From Archangium sp. (GTDB lineage: Bacteria > Myxococcota > Myxococcia > Myxococcales > Myxococcaceae): a stretch of DNA of 37,341 nucleotides. Position 1 is the first letter of the stretch. Each line of letters begins with the position of its first letter. The position numbers were made by a program, and so were the translations under genes. The stretch spans positions 1 through 37,341 of the forward strand of contig JANLPS010000465.1 of NCBI GenBank assembly GCA_031367385.1, given 5' to 3'. Below, one piece after another: positions 16,586 through 26,283 of the stretch. The notes beneath the pieces are model-generated. The model saw only the letters and a program-made list of their open reading frames with translations, ran no database searches and had not been told where the DNA came from.

Positions 16586-17284
16586 CTACTCGTCGCCCTT
16601 CTGCCCGACGAACTGGTCGTTCTTCTCTCGAAACAGCACGTTGAACGTGGTCAGCGAGCCGTAGCAGCGCGTCACGTATTGCTGCATCTCGACCTTCTCG
16701 GTATCGCTGAGCTTCGGGTGCGCATTGAGCTTCTGCTCGAGCGTTCGCAAGCGGTCGCGAATCATCACCACCTTGTGAAACAGCGAATCGAGGGGGATGT
16801 CTTTGGGCTGCAGCTCGGGGTTCGCGGGCACCAGCTTGATCACCCCGCCCTCCCACTTCTGCGCCAGCGGTACGTCGGCGAGCCCCGAGGCTTCGAGAAA
16901 TAGGTCCATCAGCTCTTGGCGGGTCATGGTTGCTCCTTCGAGGTCGACCTCGGTGTTTCGGTCAATGGTCGGCACCAGCATCGGTGCGCTCAACGCGCGG
17001 GTGCCATTGGCGCTGCGCACGATCGGCGCGATGTTCTGAATCGCCTTGGCGCGTCGGGCCGTGGCGGCTTCTTCGGCCTGGGCCTTCGCCGCTTCACCAC
17101 GGGGTACGAAGGCATCGCACACCGGCGCCGACGGAGGAAACAGCCCGCGGTTGGCCTGGAGCCGGCACTCGCCCACCCACCCGCGCACGGTGTCGACCGA
17201 ATGCGCCCGCCACAGCTTGCAGTTGCCGCACACCTTCAAGTGCGGAGCGAACTGCGGGGGGGCTGACTGCGATTCGTCGCTCAT
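16586..17284 (-). CDS. Hypothetical protein with an N-terminal 4-Cys metal-binding motif and a helical C-terminal domain
   Basis: CGNCKLW...GECR...VCDAF, then FHKVVMIRDRLRTLEQKLN...QQYVTRCYGSLTTFNVLF. Starts 8 nt after the kinase stop. Confidence 0.8.
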   Translation of the reverse strand: MSDESQSAPPQFAPHLKVCGNCKLWRAHSVDTVRGWVGECRLQANRGLFPPSAPVCDAFVPRGEAAKAQAEEAATARRAKAIQNIAPIVRSANGTRALSAPMLVPTIDRNTEVDLEGATMTRQELMDLFLEASGLADVPLAQKWEGGVIKLVPANPELQPKDIPLDSLFHKVVMIRDRLRTLEQKLNAHPKLSDTEKVEMQQYVTRCYGSLTTFNVLFREKNDQFVGQKGDE

Positions 17285-17292
17285 CGAATGGG

Positions 17293-18905
17293 TCAGCTGG
17301 GTTTGGCGGCGGTGATGGCGTTCGTGCCGGTACGGGTCAGATCGTTCATCGTCTCGGTCGACGACGACGTCTTGTGCGAGCCTGTCGTCGGAGCGGTCTG
17401 GGCAACCCACTCCTGCGCCTTGAACACCGCCGCCGAGAGCAGCTTGCGGCCGGTCTGCACGTCGAGCAGCTCGCGCGGTAGCTCAACCAGTTGCCGGCGC
17501 AGCTCATCGGCCGATGGCGTGCGCAGAGCCAGGTCGCGCTGCAGCAGCCCCATGACCAATGCATCGACCTTCGCAGGCACGTCGGGTCTCAAGGCCGAGG
17601 GCTGAACGATCGGGCCTTCGAGGCAGATCTTCATCAGCTCCATCTCGCTGTCGGCGCGAAAGACCCGGTTGCCGATGAGGCACTCGTGCAGGGTCAGGCC
17701 CAGCGCGAAGAGGTCGGCGCGGCCGTCGTAGACATTGCTCAACACCTGTTCGGGCGCGGCATACCCCATCTTGCCGCGCATCACGCCAGCCGCGGTCATG
17801 CGTTCTTGCCCTGAGACGATGGCGATGCCGAAGTCGGCCAGCTTTGCGTCACCGATACGGGTGAGCATGATGTTGGGCGGGTTCAGGTCGCGGTGCACCA
17901 GGTTGAGCGAGCGCCCGGTGTTGCTTACGCGCCCATGAATGTAGTCGAGCGCCTCGGTGAGCTGCCACGCGATGTGCATCACCAGCGCGATCGGCATCAG
18001 CTCATTTCGTGCGCGCTGGGCGTTGATCAAATCTTTGAGCGAGACGCCATCGATGTACTCCATGGCGAGAAATGACACGCCCTGGTGCATGCCGTAGTCG
18101 AGCACCTGCACCACGCCCGGGTGGGCCAGCATCGCGCCGACCTCGGCCTCTTGCCGAAACAGCGCCATCGCCACCTGTTGGTCAGCGAACTGCGGCAAAA
18201 TTCGCTTCACCGCGACCTTGCGCTCGAAGCCGCCCTCGGGCGAGTAGGTCGCCTCGAAGACCTCGGCCATGCCGCCGATGCCCAGCCGCCGGCCCAAGAC
18301 GTACTTGCCGAGCAGATCTTGCGCACGCGAGGTGTGAACCAGGCCGCGCATGCGGGTCACCAGCGCCATCAGCACGGCGGTCACGCCAATGTACGACATC
18401 ACCGTGAAAGCGAATGGCGTCGGCGCGAGCTGAACGTAGAGGCCGCGGGTGATGATCGGCACCAGGCCAATCACCGCGCTCGCCAGAATCACGGGCCGTG
18501 AAAGCGAGAGCACCGACAAAACCAACAGCCCGCCCATCATCGACGGCGTGTTCACCATGCCCATCCACGGGGTGGGCAGCTTGGGGTTTGAATGATTTGC
18601 GCGATCGCAATCAACGGCAGATCGAGCATCGGCAACATCCACCCCGCGCGCTTGACCAGCTTGCCGGTCTTCAACAAGCGCCAGATCACCAGCGAGGCGG
18701 TCAAATACACGACCGAGACGATGAGCGAGACGATGTAGGCCCGCCAGTTCGAGAGCAGCGGCACCATGCCGAGCACCACGGCGGTGGTCGCCAAGAAGAT
18801 TCGAATCTTCGCCATCGCGGTCGCGAGAACGACGCGCTCACCGTCGATGACCCGCTCGAGCGCCGCTCGAAATGACGCATTCGGTGCTGCTGCTGGTTCA
18901 GCCAA
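17293..18905 (-). pseudogene. Membrane-anchored Ser/Thr protein kinase split by a single-base frameshift near 18583-18586 (true lesion or sequencing error)
   Basis: The 5' ORF (18552-18905, TTG after AGAGGA, TM helices) and the 3' ORF (TM helices + GIGGMAEV, VAVK, HRDLNPPN, DFG, APE) join if one C is added at CAAACCCC^AAG, giving ...IIQTPKLPTPWMG.... Confidence 0.8.
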
Positions 18906-18949
18906 AAAGTGATCCTCTCGCGACGCCCGTCATGCGTGGCTGCGGCACC

Positions 18950-20647
18950 CTAGTCGAGCCCGAAGCTTCGCATGATGTCGTTGTAAAACACTCGCACCAC
19001 CAGCATCGCCAGTACGACCAGCCCGAAGATGTTGGCGACTTCACGGGCCTTGGCGGGTATCGGGCGGCGGCGAATGCCCTCCCAAAAGGCCGCAACCAGG
19101 CCGAACCCGTCGAGCACCGGTATCGGCAACAAGTTCACAAGGGCGAGGTTCACCGACACCAGCGCCATGTTCGCCAGAAAGACATTCAGCCCCGCCTCGG
19201 CGCTCTTCGACGCAATTTGAAACAGCATGATCGGCCCACCGACGTTCTCGAAGCCGATCTTGCCGGTGCCAAAGCCCTTCATCACCTGAGCGATTTTCGT
19301 GACCGAGCGTGGCACTTCAGACAGCGAGGCGACCAGCGCGTCTTTGGGGCCGTTGAACACGGTCAAGTGGTCGACCTTGGGCCCGGTCGCCAGCGGGTCA
19401 TTGTCACCCGAGAGAAACGCGAGGCGCGGCCGAATGCCCGGGTCGGGCAGCTTGTGCTTGGCGTTGAGAATGTCGCGCTCTTCGCGGTTGACCTGGCTGA
19501 TCTTCGCCGTGTGCTCCCCATCGGTCGAGCGCCAGGTGAGCGTGAACGGCTCGAGCTCGACGCTGCGCAGCTTCAAGGTGAACCAGTAGTACGAGCCAAT
19601 GGGCGACCCATCGATGGCGACCAACCGGTCACCGCGTTTGACGCCCGCTTTGGCCGGAGCGCTGTCTTGAATCACCGTCCAAATGTAGGTGTCGCCGAGC
19701 TCGGCCCCGCCCATCGCCGCCAGGCCCGGGCCAGCACTCTTCTCGAGGGTCACGGTCGCGACCTCGGGCACCACGAAGCCCGCGCCCCCGACGTCGTTCA
19801 AGTTCGAGCGCAACGCCACGATGGTCAGCGGGCTGCTCTCGCTCTGTAAGAGCTGCTCGAGCGAGTTGAGATCAGCGGTCGGCTTGCCATTGATGCTGGC
19901 GATGCGGTCGAAGGTCTTGAGCCCCGCGGCCTCGGCGGCTGAGCCGGGGGGCACGCCGATGATCGGCGAGGGCGACCCCGCCATGATGCCCAGCTTGCCG
20001 CGAAAGACCTTCTCGACCGGGTTCGAGGTCTCGACGTCGCGCGCCGGAGCGAGCTTGAGCACGAGGTTTTCGGCCCCTCGTTGAATCGAGATGGAGATCT
20101 CGCGATCGAACACGCCCTCGAGTGCCCCGCCAATGTCGTCGAAGCGGTTGATCGGCGTGCCTTCGATGCGGGTGATGACATCGCCTGGGCGAAACCCGGC
20201 GGCTGCGGCGGGCAAGGCGGGGTCGACGTAGCCGACCTTGGCGGGCACGTACTCGTGCTCACCCAAGAAGACGAAGAAGTACGCCCCGATGGGAAAGATG
20301 AGGTTCATCATCGGGCCAGCGGCGACGATGATCGCCCGCTTCCACCAGGGGGCGGCCAAGAAGCCCCGCTTCTGCTCGTCGGGGGCAAGCTCGGGCTCGG
20401 GGCCTTCACCGACGGTGTCGCCGGCCATGTCTCCGGCCATGCGTACGAAGCCGCCCAGGGGTATCCACGCGACCTGGTACTCGGTTTCACCCCGGGTGAA
20501 GCTGAAGATCTTCGGGCCGAAGCCGATTGAAAACTTGAGCACCTTCACGCCGGCCCACTTCGCCGCCAAGAAGTGCCCAAGCTCATGCACGGTGACCAGA
20601 ACGCCCAGAAAAATGAGAAAGAAAACGGTGTTCTGGAGAGCGCCCAT
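18950..20647 (-). CDS. rseP: RIP metalloprotease RseP with multiple PDZ domains
   Basis: HELGH zinc motif, FSIGFGP, AAGPMMN, three PDZ-like segments (GFRPGDVI, GLKTFDRI, GVKRGDRL), NLLPIPVLDG. Confidence 0.95.
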   Translation of the reverse strand: MGALQNTVFFLIFLGVLVTVHELGHFLAAKWAGVKVLKFSIGFGPKIFSFTRGETEYQVAWIPLGGFVRMAGDMAGDTVGEGPEPELAPDEQKRGFLAAPWWKRAIIVAAGPMMNLIFPIGAYFFVFLGEHEYVPAKVGYVDPALPAAAAGFRPGDVITRIEGTPINRFDDIGGALEGVFDREISISIQRGAENLVLKLAPARDVETSNPVEKVFRGKLGIMAGSPSPIIGVPPGSAAEAAGLKTFDRIASINGKPTADLNSLEQLLQSESSPLTIVALRSNLNDVGGAGFVVPEVATVTLEKSAGPGLAAMGGAELGDTYIWTVIQDSAPAKAGVKRGDRLVAIDGSPIGSYYWFTLKLRSVELEPFTLTWRSTDGEHTAKISQVNREERDILNAKHKLPDPGIRPRLAFLSGDNDPLATGPKVDHLTVFNGPKDALVASLSEVPRSVTKIAQVMKGFGTGKIGFENVGGPIMLFQIASKSAEAGLNVFLANMALVSVNLALVNLLPIPVLDGFGLVAAFWEGIRRRPIPAKAREVANIFGLVVLAMLVVRVFYNDIMRSFGLD

Positions 20648-20680
20648 GGGGTCAGACCCTAACCTCCCCGCTGCCGGGTT

Positions 20681-21511
20681 TCACCCCAACAGCAGGGGAC
20701 GTACGAATTGCACATACAGCAACACCATTGGCGCATTGAAAATCAGGGCGTCGATGCGGTCGAGCATGCCGCCATGCCCGGGGATGATGGTGCCCGAGTC
20801 TTTGACGCCGTAGGCGCGCTTGAGCATCGACTCACAGAGGTCTCCCGCGGGGCCCAAGATGCCGCCCAAGATGCCCAGAATCAGACAGTCAACGACCGTC
20901 AGCCCGGGGAAAAAGACGAGCTTCTGAAACACCAGAAAGCCGATGCTGCCGACGAAGCCGCCGAAGAAGCCCTCCCAGGTTTTGGCGGGGCTGACCTCGG
21001 GGTAGAGCTTGTGCTTGCCCAGAAAGCGGCCGAAAAAGTACGCGGCGGTGTCGCAGCCCCAGGTGATGAAGAGGGCGGCGAGCGTCCACCAGGCTCCGTC
21101 GGGCAGGTTGCGCACCGCCATCAGGGCCGTCATGCCACCAGCGCCGTAGATGAAGGCCATCATCATCGCAGATGCCCGCACCGGGGCTTCGGGCAGTGGC
21201 CCTTTGATCAAGTGCCAGACCCACGCGACGAAGAACACGATGCCGCCACCGGCGCAGGCCAACGCGGTGGCTTGAAACGGCATCCACGCTGGTAAAATCG
21301 GCATCAGGGTCGCCATCGCGATGACGAACCAGCCCACCGGCGAGACCGACTTCAAGGTGATGAGAATGTATTCGCGGGCGACGGCACCCGCGGCGAAGCC
21401 CAGCAGGCAGGCGGTGTACCAGCCGCCCAGGTACAGCAGGTACAGCACCGCCGGGAGCATCAGCACCGCGGTCACGATGCGAATCAGCAGGTTTTTGTTT
21501 TTCTCTGTCAC
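20681..21511 (-). CDS. cdsA: Phosphatidate cytidylyltransferase
   Basis: DTAAYFFGR, SPAKTWEG and GDLCESMLKRAYGVKDSG.IIPGHGGMLDRID; synteny with uppS/rseP. Confidence 0.95.
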   Translation of the reverse strand: MTEKNKNLLIRIVTAVLMLPAVLYLLYLGGWYTACLLGFAAGAVAREYILITLKSVSPVGWFVIAMATLMPILPAWMPFQATALACAGGGIVFFVAWVWHLIKGPLPEAPVRASAMMMAFIYGAGGMTALMAVRNLPDGAWWTLAALFITWGCDTAAYFFGRFLGKHKLYPEVSPAKTWEGFFGGFVGSIGFLVFQKLVFFPGLTVVDCLILGILGGILGPAGDLCESMLKRAYGVKDSGTIIPGHGGMLDRIDALIFNAPMVLLYVQFVRPLLLG

Positions 21512-22272
21512 GTCAGGGCCTGTCGAACCTGCGCCGAGGTCAACCCGAAACGCCGCTCGCGGCCCTGGTATTCTTCAATGCACGAGAGCAGTTGCGGCGA
21601 CCGAAAATCGGGCCACAGCGTCTCGGTGAAGAGAAGCTCGGCGTACGCGCTCTGCCAGAGCATGAAGTTCGAGATGCGGTGCTCGCCGCTGGTGCGAATG
21701 ACCAAATCGACCGGCGGCAGGCTCGCGGTCGAGAGCTGGGCTTCGAAGGCGTTGGCGTCGACCTGCGCAGCGGTCATCGTGCCCGCGGCGACCTTCGCCA
21801 ACAGGGCCTGGGCGGCGAGCACGATCTCTTCACGGCCTCCGTACGAGAGGGCCAGGGTCAGCACCATGCCGGTGTTCTGCGCGCTGGCGGCGCGAATCTC
21901 TTCGAGGGGCTCGCGCACGTAATTGGGCAGCTTGTGCAGCTCACCGATCGCGTTGAGCCGAATCTGGTTCTCGAGAATTTCGCTCCGCTCTTTGAGCAGG
22001 TACTCGCGCAGCAGATCCATCAGGCCGGCGACCTCGTCGGGCGGGCGCGACCAGTTCTGTGAGGAAAACGCGTACAGCGTGAGGGCCTGGAGCCCGAGGC
22101 GTCGGCAGCACCGAGTGACCTCGCGCACCGAATTCGAGCCTTCGCGGTGGCCTTCGAGGCGGGCCTGGCCACGGGCTTCGGCCCAGCGACCGTTGCCGTC
22201 CATGATCAGACCCACGTGACGGGGCAACCCGCGAGCGCGAACCGAGGCTTCGATGACAGACGTAGTTTCCAT
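21508..22272 (-). CDS. uppS: Undecaprenyl diphosphate synthase (isoprenyl transferase)
   Basis: HVGLIMDGNGRWA, YAFSSQNWSRP, IRTSGEHRISNFMLWQ, RERRFG. Confidence 0.95.
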   Translation of the reverse strand: METTSVIEASVRARGLPRHVGLIMDGNGRWAEARGQARLEGHREGSNSVREVTRCCRRLGLQALTLYAFSSQNWSRPPDEVAGLMDLLREYLLKERSEILENQIRLNAIGELHKLPNYVREPLEEIRAASAQNTGMVLTLALSYGGREEIVLAAQALLAKVAAGTMTAAQVDANAFEAQLSTASLPPVDLVIRTSGEHRISNFMLWQSAYAELLFTETLWPDFRSPQLLSCIEEYQGRERRFGLTSAQVRQALT

Positions 22273-22396
22273 ACTCGACGACCGGCCGCACCCTACCTGA
22301 AAGGCGCGACGCGTCGAAGGTGCTTTCGTGAGCGGTCGCGAATGGCGACTCAAGGGTCCCCTCGCGCGCCCAACCCGACTACCATGGCGTGGTCAC

Positions 22397-23566
22397 ATGC
22401 CCCCCAAAGTCATTGGCCCTTACCGCGTGCTCGAGACCCTCGGCAGCGGCGGCGTGGGCACCGTTTACAGATCAATCGATCGTCGCAGCGGCGAGATGGC
22501 CGCGCTCAAGCTGTTGTCGACCGGCCCCGCGCTCGACCCGAAGGCGGCGCGCCGCCTGGCCCGGGAGTTCGAGACCCTGCAGCACCTCTCTCACCCCAAC
22601 GTGGTGAAGGTCTACGACACTGGCGTCTTTCAAGGCTACCCGTACCTGGCGATGGAGCTGGTCGAGGGCCTCACCCTGCGCCACTACCTCGCGCTGAGCG
22701 ATGAAGATCTCGAGAGCGATCAGGCGCTCGCGCGGGCGATCTCGGCGCATCGGCAGACCGCCGGTGGCGATGACGATGACAACAGCCAGAGCGACGACGA
22801 GCTCGACCCCGACGCGCAGAGCGACATCTTCACCCTCTCGACGTTCTCTGAAGAGAACCCGAGCGAAGAATACTCGGCCTCGGCTGACGATGACGACTTC
22901 GAGTCGGGGCCCGAGGCGGTGCGCGGCCTCGCCAACCGAGCCGACGAGCCAGACACCAACCCGAACCTCTCGGGCGAGCTGGTCTTGCCCTTCGACATCG
23001 CCGCGACCATCGACCGGCCAATCGGCGTGAAGCTGAGCCCGATCGAGCTGCTGGCGCTCAACCGCCCGGAGCGGGTCGGGCGGCTCAAAGACGCGATGCT
23101 GCAGCTGTGCGAAGCACTCGCGTACATTCACCAGCACGGTTTGATTCACCGAGACCTGAAGCCGTCGAACGTGATGGTCGACGAAGATCGCATCGTTCGG
23201 TTGATGGATTTCGGGCTCGCCAAGTACCTGGCCGACGATGCCGCGGTGACGGCGGGTGGGCGGCTGGTGGGCACCTTTCGATACATGGCGCCCGAGCAGA
23301 TTCTGGGCGAGCAGCTCGACGCGCGCACCGACCTCTACTCGTTGGGAGTGATTCTGTACGAGCTGCTCTCGGGGCGGCCACCGTTCGAGGCGAAGACCCC
23401 GTACGAGCTGTGGCAGAAGGTGCTCGAGACCGAAGCCCCCTCGGCGTTGAGCGTGAATACCCGCGCTGACCGGGCGATGGCGCGGGTGGCGCACCGGTTG
23501 ATTCGCAAAGAGCCCGATGATCGCCTGCAGACCGCCGAAGAGGTGTACGAGGCGTTGATCGAGTGA
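22397..23566 (+). CDS. Cytoplasmic Ser/Thr protein kinase with a large acidic insert
   Basis: [27 protein letters not shown] and DLYSLG are all intact. A D/E/S-rich insert follows GLTLRHYL. Confidence 0.92.
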   Translation: MPPKVIGPYRVLETLGSGGVGTVYRSIDRRSGEMAALKLLSTGPALDPKAARRLAREFETLQHLSHPNVVKVYDTGVFQGYPYLAMELVEGLTLRHYLALSDEDLESDQALARAISAHRQTAGGDDDDNSQSDDELDPDAQSDIFTLSTFSEENPSEEYSASADDDDFESGPEAVRGLANRADEPDTNPNLSGELVLPFDIAATIDRPIGVKLSPIELLALNRPERVGRLKDAMLQLCEALAYIHQHGLIHRDLKPSNVMVDEDRIVRLMDFGLAKYLADDAAVTAGGRLVGTFRYMAPEQILGEQLDARTDLYSLGVILYELLSGRPPFEAKTPYELWQKVLETEAPSALSVNTRADRAMARVAHRLIRKEPDDRLQTAEEVYEALIE

Positions 23567-24492
23567 GACACGAACTGCTGGTCGATGCTGAAGCCGATGG
23601 CAAACGGGTCGATGTCTTCGTCGGCGAAAAGCTGAGCCTCTCGCGCGCCAAGCTCAAAGCCCTCTTCGAGGCCGAGGCAGTGCGGGTCAACGGTCGCAAG
23701 GTGAAGAAGGGCCTCGCTGTCGCCACCGGGCAGCGCGTCGAGCTCGAGGTCGAAGACACGGTCAGCGCCGCCGCGACCGCCGACGCGACCCTTCACGTGA
23801 ACGTGCTGTGGGAAGACGACGCGTTGGTCTTCGTCGACAAGCCGGCGCACATGCCCTCTCAGCCGCTCAAACCCGGAGAGCTCGGCGCGGTCGCCAACGC
23901 CCTGGTCTCGAAATACCCCGGCATCGAGCTGGTCAGCGACGACCCGCGCGAGGCTGGGCTGTGCCACCGGCTCGACGTCGAGACCTCGGGTGTGCTGCTG
24001 GCCGCGAAGACCCGGGTTGCTTGGCAGGCGATGCGCGCGCAGTTCTCGAGTGATTCACGAGATCTCGACAAGCGGTACGTGGCGTTGGTCGCCGGGCCTC
24101 TGGCCGACGAGGGTGAAATCGATTTGCCGCTGGCGCACCACGGAGACTCGGTTCGACCCGCGGTCACCGGGGTTGATGCCCGTGAGGCCCGCTCCGAGTT
24201 CACCGTGCTGGAGCGCGTGGGAGACCTCGCCCTGGTCGAAGTGCGCATCGTCACTGGGGTTTTGCACCAGGTGCGCGCCCACCTCGCCGCGGTTGGAGCC
24301 CCGATCGTCGGCGACGAGCTGTACGGCGGCCGTCACCTCGAGGGCCTGGGCCGCTTCTTTCTGCACGCCAAGTCACTCGCGGTCGCGCACCCCGGCACCG
24401 GTCTTCGGGTCAAGGTCGAGAGCCCCCTGCCGCACGAGCTGCACGCCGTGCTGACCGAGCTGCATTTCGGCGCGGGCAGTGTCACTCGGTGA
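23563..24492 (+). CDS. RluA-family pseudouridine synthase with S4 domain (RluC/RluD-like)
   Basis: S4-like RVDVFV...SRAKLK, VDKPAHM, catalytic [33 protein letters not shown] overlap with the kinase. Confidence 0.92.
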   Translation: MRHELLVDAEADGKRVDVFVGEKLSLSRAKLKALFEAEAVRVNGRKVKKGLAVATGQRVELEVEDTVSAAATADATLHVNVLWEDDALVFVDKPAHMPSQPLKPGELGAVANALVSKYPGIELVSDDPREAGLCHRLDVETSGVLLAAKTRVAWQAMRAQFSSDSRDLDKRYVALVAGPLADEGEIDLPLAHHGDSVRPAVTGVDAREARSEFTVLERVGDLALVEVRIVTGVLHQVRAHLAAVGAPIVGDELYGGRHLEGLGRFFLHAKSLAVAHPGTGLRVKVESPLPHELHAVLTELHFGAGSVTR

Positions 24493-24508
24493 GTGCCTCG
24501 CGTGTCGA

Positions 24509-25762
24509 ATGAGCGTGCGTGTTTTCATTGCCCTCGCTGTCAGCTTCTTCGCACTGGGGTGCGAACCAGCTCCGCAGCTCTCTGACGCGTCTGCCGCCGC
24601 GCTCTACGGCGACATTCGTGCGCTCGACCTGCGAACGGTCGACGAGGTGGTGGCGCTCCTGCCGCGCCAGTATCGAGAACACTACGTGCTGGCCTACGCC
24701 GGCCACGCAGCGCAGACGAGCAGCGAGCTGAACCCCCGGGTGCTCGCCTTCGGTCGCGACGCACACCTGGTCATCACGTTCAACGGCGCTTCAGACCAAC
24801 CGGGCTTCGAAATGCTCGAGTTGGCTGAGTTCAATACCGCGACGGCGCAGTACGAATATTCGTTCATCACGCTCGATGGGCATGGCGCGGCTTCGAGGTC
24901 TGAAGTGAACCCCGCTCGATGTCTGGCCTGCCACGGCGAAAAACCCCGCACGCTCTTCAACGACTACCCTTCGTGGCCAGGGTTCTACGGGAGCAACGGC
25001 GACGGCCTCGTCTTGGGCTCCGACGAGCAAGTGGCCTTCAGTCGCTACCTCGACCGCGCTCCCTTTCACCCGCGATACTCGAAGCTGAGCCGCGAGTTCA
25101 TCTCGAAAAACGCAAATGGTGAGCCCGAGGTGGGTGTCTTTCACCACCCGAATAACGTGTACGGCAAGCTGCTCGCGCGAAGGCAGGCGACGCGGTTGGC
25201 GCAAGACCTGCTGTCGCAAGCTGACGTTCGCCCCAAGCTGCTGTCGTACCTCGCGTGGAACTTTCACGTTCAGCAAGGCCAGTGCGAGCACTGGAGCCCG
25301 GAGGTCGAGACCGCGGTGTTCGTGCCGATGACGCGCTTTGCCCGTGAGCGAACCGCCGCCCGCTACCCGAAGCGCTCGTTCTGGTGGGCGGCCCAGAGCG
25401 CGGCAGACGTGGAGCAGCCCCTGGAGCGCTTCGTGCTCAGCCTCGGGTCGCGTGAAGTCTTCACCGAGCGAATGGCTCCCGTGCAGCAAGTCTCTGCTGA
25501 GGTCGGGCCCGACGCCCGTATTGGGTACAACGACGGTCTCGATGAGATCTCGGCGCTGGTGGCGAGCGCGCTGGTTGAGCGGCTCCCCGAGGCGCAGGCG
25601 TTCTTCGTCAAGGTCAGCTCTGCTCAGCTTGCGAGCGAGAAGGGGTTCGCCTCCCGCTATGCCGATGGCTCTTCTGAGATCTTCGACTCGGTCTTGCCCC
25701 GGTGGCGTTTGAACCGCACGGGGTGCGACGCCCTCGCGGCAGCCGCAGCGGCAGAGTGGTGA
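24509..25762 (+). CDS. Lipoprotein with a single c-type heme motif
   Basis: Lipobox ALGC; CLACH at 24920-24934; conserved-looking NPRVLAFG and YPSWPGFYGS segments. Confidence 0.75.
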   Translation: MSVRVFIALAVSFFALGCEPAPQLSDASAAALYGDIRALDLRTVDEVVALLPRQYREHYVLAYAGHAAQTSSELNPRVLAFGRDAHLVITFNGASDQPGFEMLELAEFNTATAQYEYSFITLDGHGAASRSEVNPARCLACHGEKPRTLFNDYPSWPGFYGSNGDGLVLGSDEQVAFSRYLDRAPFHPRYSKLSREFISKNANGEPEVGVFHHPNNVYGKLLARRQATRLAQDLLSQADVRPKLLSYLAWNFHVQQGQCEHWSPEVETAVFVPMTRFARERTAARYPKRSFWWAAQSAADVEQPLERFVLSLGSREVFTERMAPVQQVSAEVGPDARIGYNDGLDEISALVASALVERLPEAQAFFVKVSSAQLASEKGFASRYADGSSEIFDSVLPRWRLNRTGCDALAAAAAAEW

Positions 25763-25771
25763 GCAAAGCGC

Positions 25772-26188
25772 TCAGCTGCGAACGTCTTCGATGAGCTCTT
25801 CGCCGGGGCCTACGGCCACCGCCACCGGCGCTTTGGCCTTCACCGCGGCTTCGAGCTGCGCATAGAGCGCGCGAAACCGTGGGTCTGCGCGGTTCAAGTA
25901 GAGAATCGTCTGCCGCTTCATCAAGTCGACGGCGAGGCGCTCTCCGGGGTCTGAGAGCGAACCGACCGCCCGTACCTGGTCGGTGTCGGCGGGCCACGCG
26001 GCGACGACCTTGGCGTCTTCGAAGCGCACGCCCATCACCCAGCCGCGCAGAAACCCCATTTCGAGCGTCGTCCAGTCTTTGCGGCGCTCGACGGTCAGCT
26101 CACCTTGCGTGTCGGTCTTCACGACCCCCGCAGGCTCACCTGACCCATGAGCCATGGCGAGCACTTTGACCACGCGAACGACGGGCAC
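25772..26188 (-). CDS. Hypothetical protein (138 aa)
   Basis: AAGGAG RBS about 8 nt before GTG26188; typical codon bias. Confidence 0.65.
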   Translation of the reverse strand: MPVVRVVKVLAMAHGSGEPAGVVKTDTQGELTVERRKDWTTLEMGFLRGWVMGVRFEDAKVVAAWPADTDQVRAVGSLSDPGERLAVDLMKRQTILYLNRADPRFRALYAQLEAAVKAKAPVAVAVGPGEELIEDVRS

Positions 26189-26283
26189 TGTTCGACTCCT
26201 TGACCCAGGCTTCGTGACGACGTTCGAAGATAACCGCCCCACGCTCCTTGCCATGGCAAAAGGCGACTGCTCAATTCAAGCGC

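Noticed and set aside
18575..18595. Programmed -1 ribosomal frameshift in the kinase
   Set aside because: The in-frame context A-ACC-CCA is not a canonical X-XXY-YYZ slippery heptamer. A homopolymer indel is simpler.
20648..20680. Absence of dxr between cdsA and rseP
   Set aside because: This is consistent with myxobacteria generally using the mevalonate pathway, so it is not novel.
26189..26283. LexA/SOS box upstream of dinB
   Set aside because: I could not find a convincing match to the Myxococcus-type CTRHAMRYBYGTTCAGS or the E. coli-type CTGT-N8-ACAG motif.
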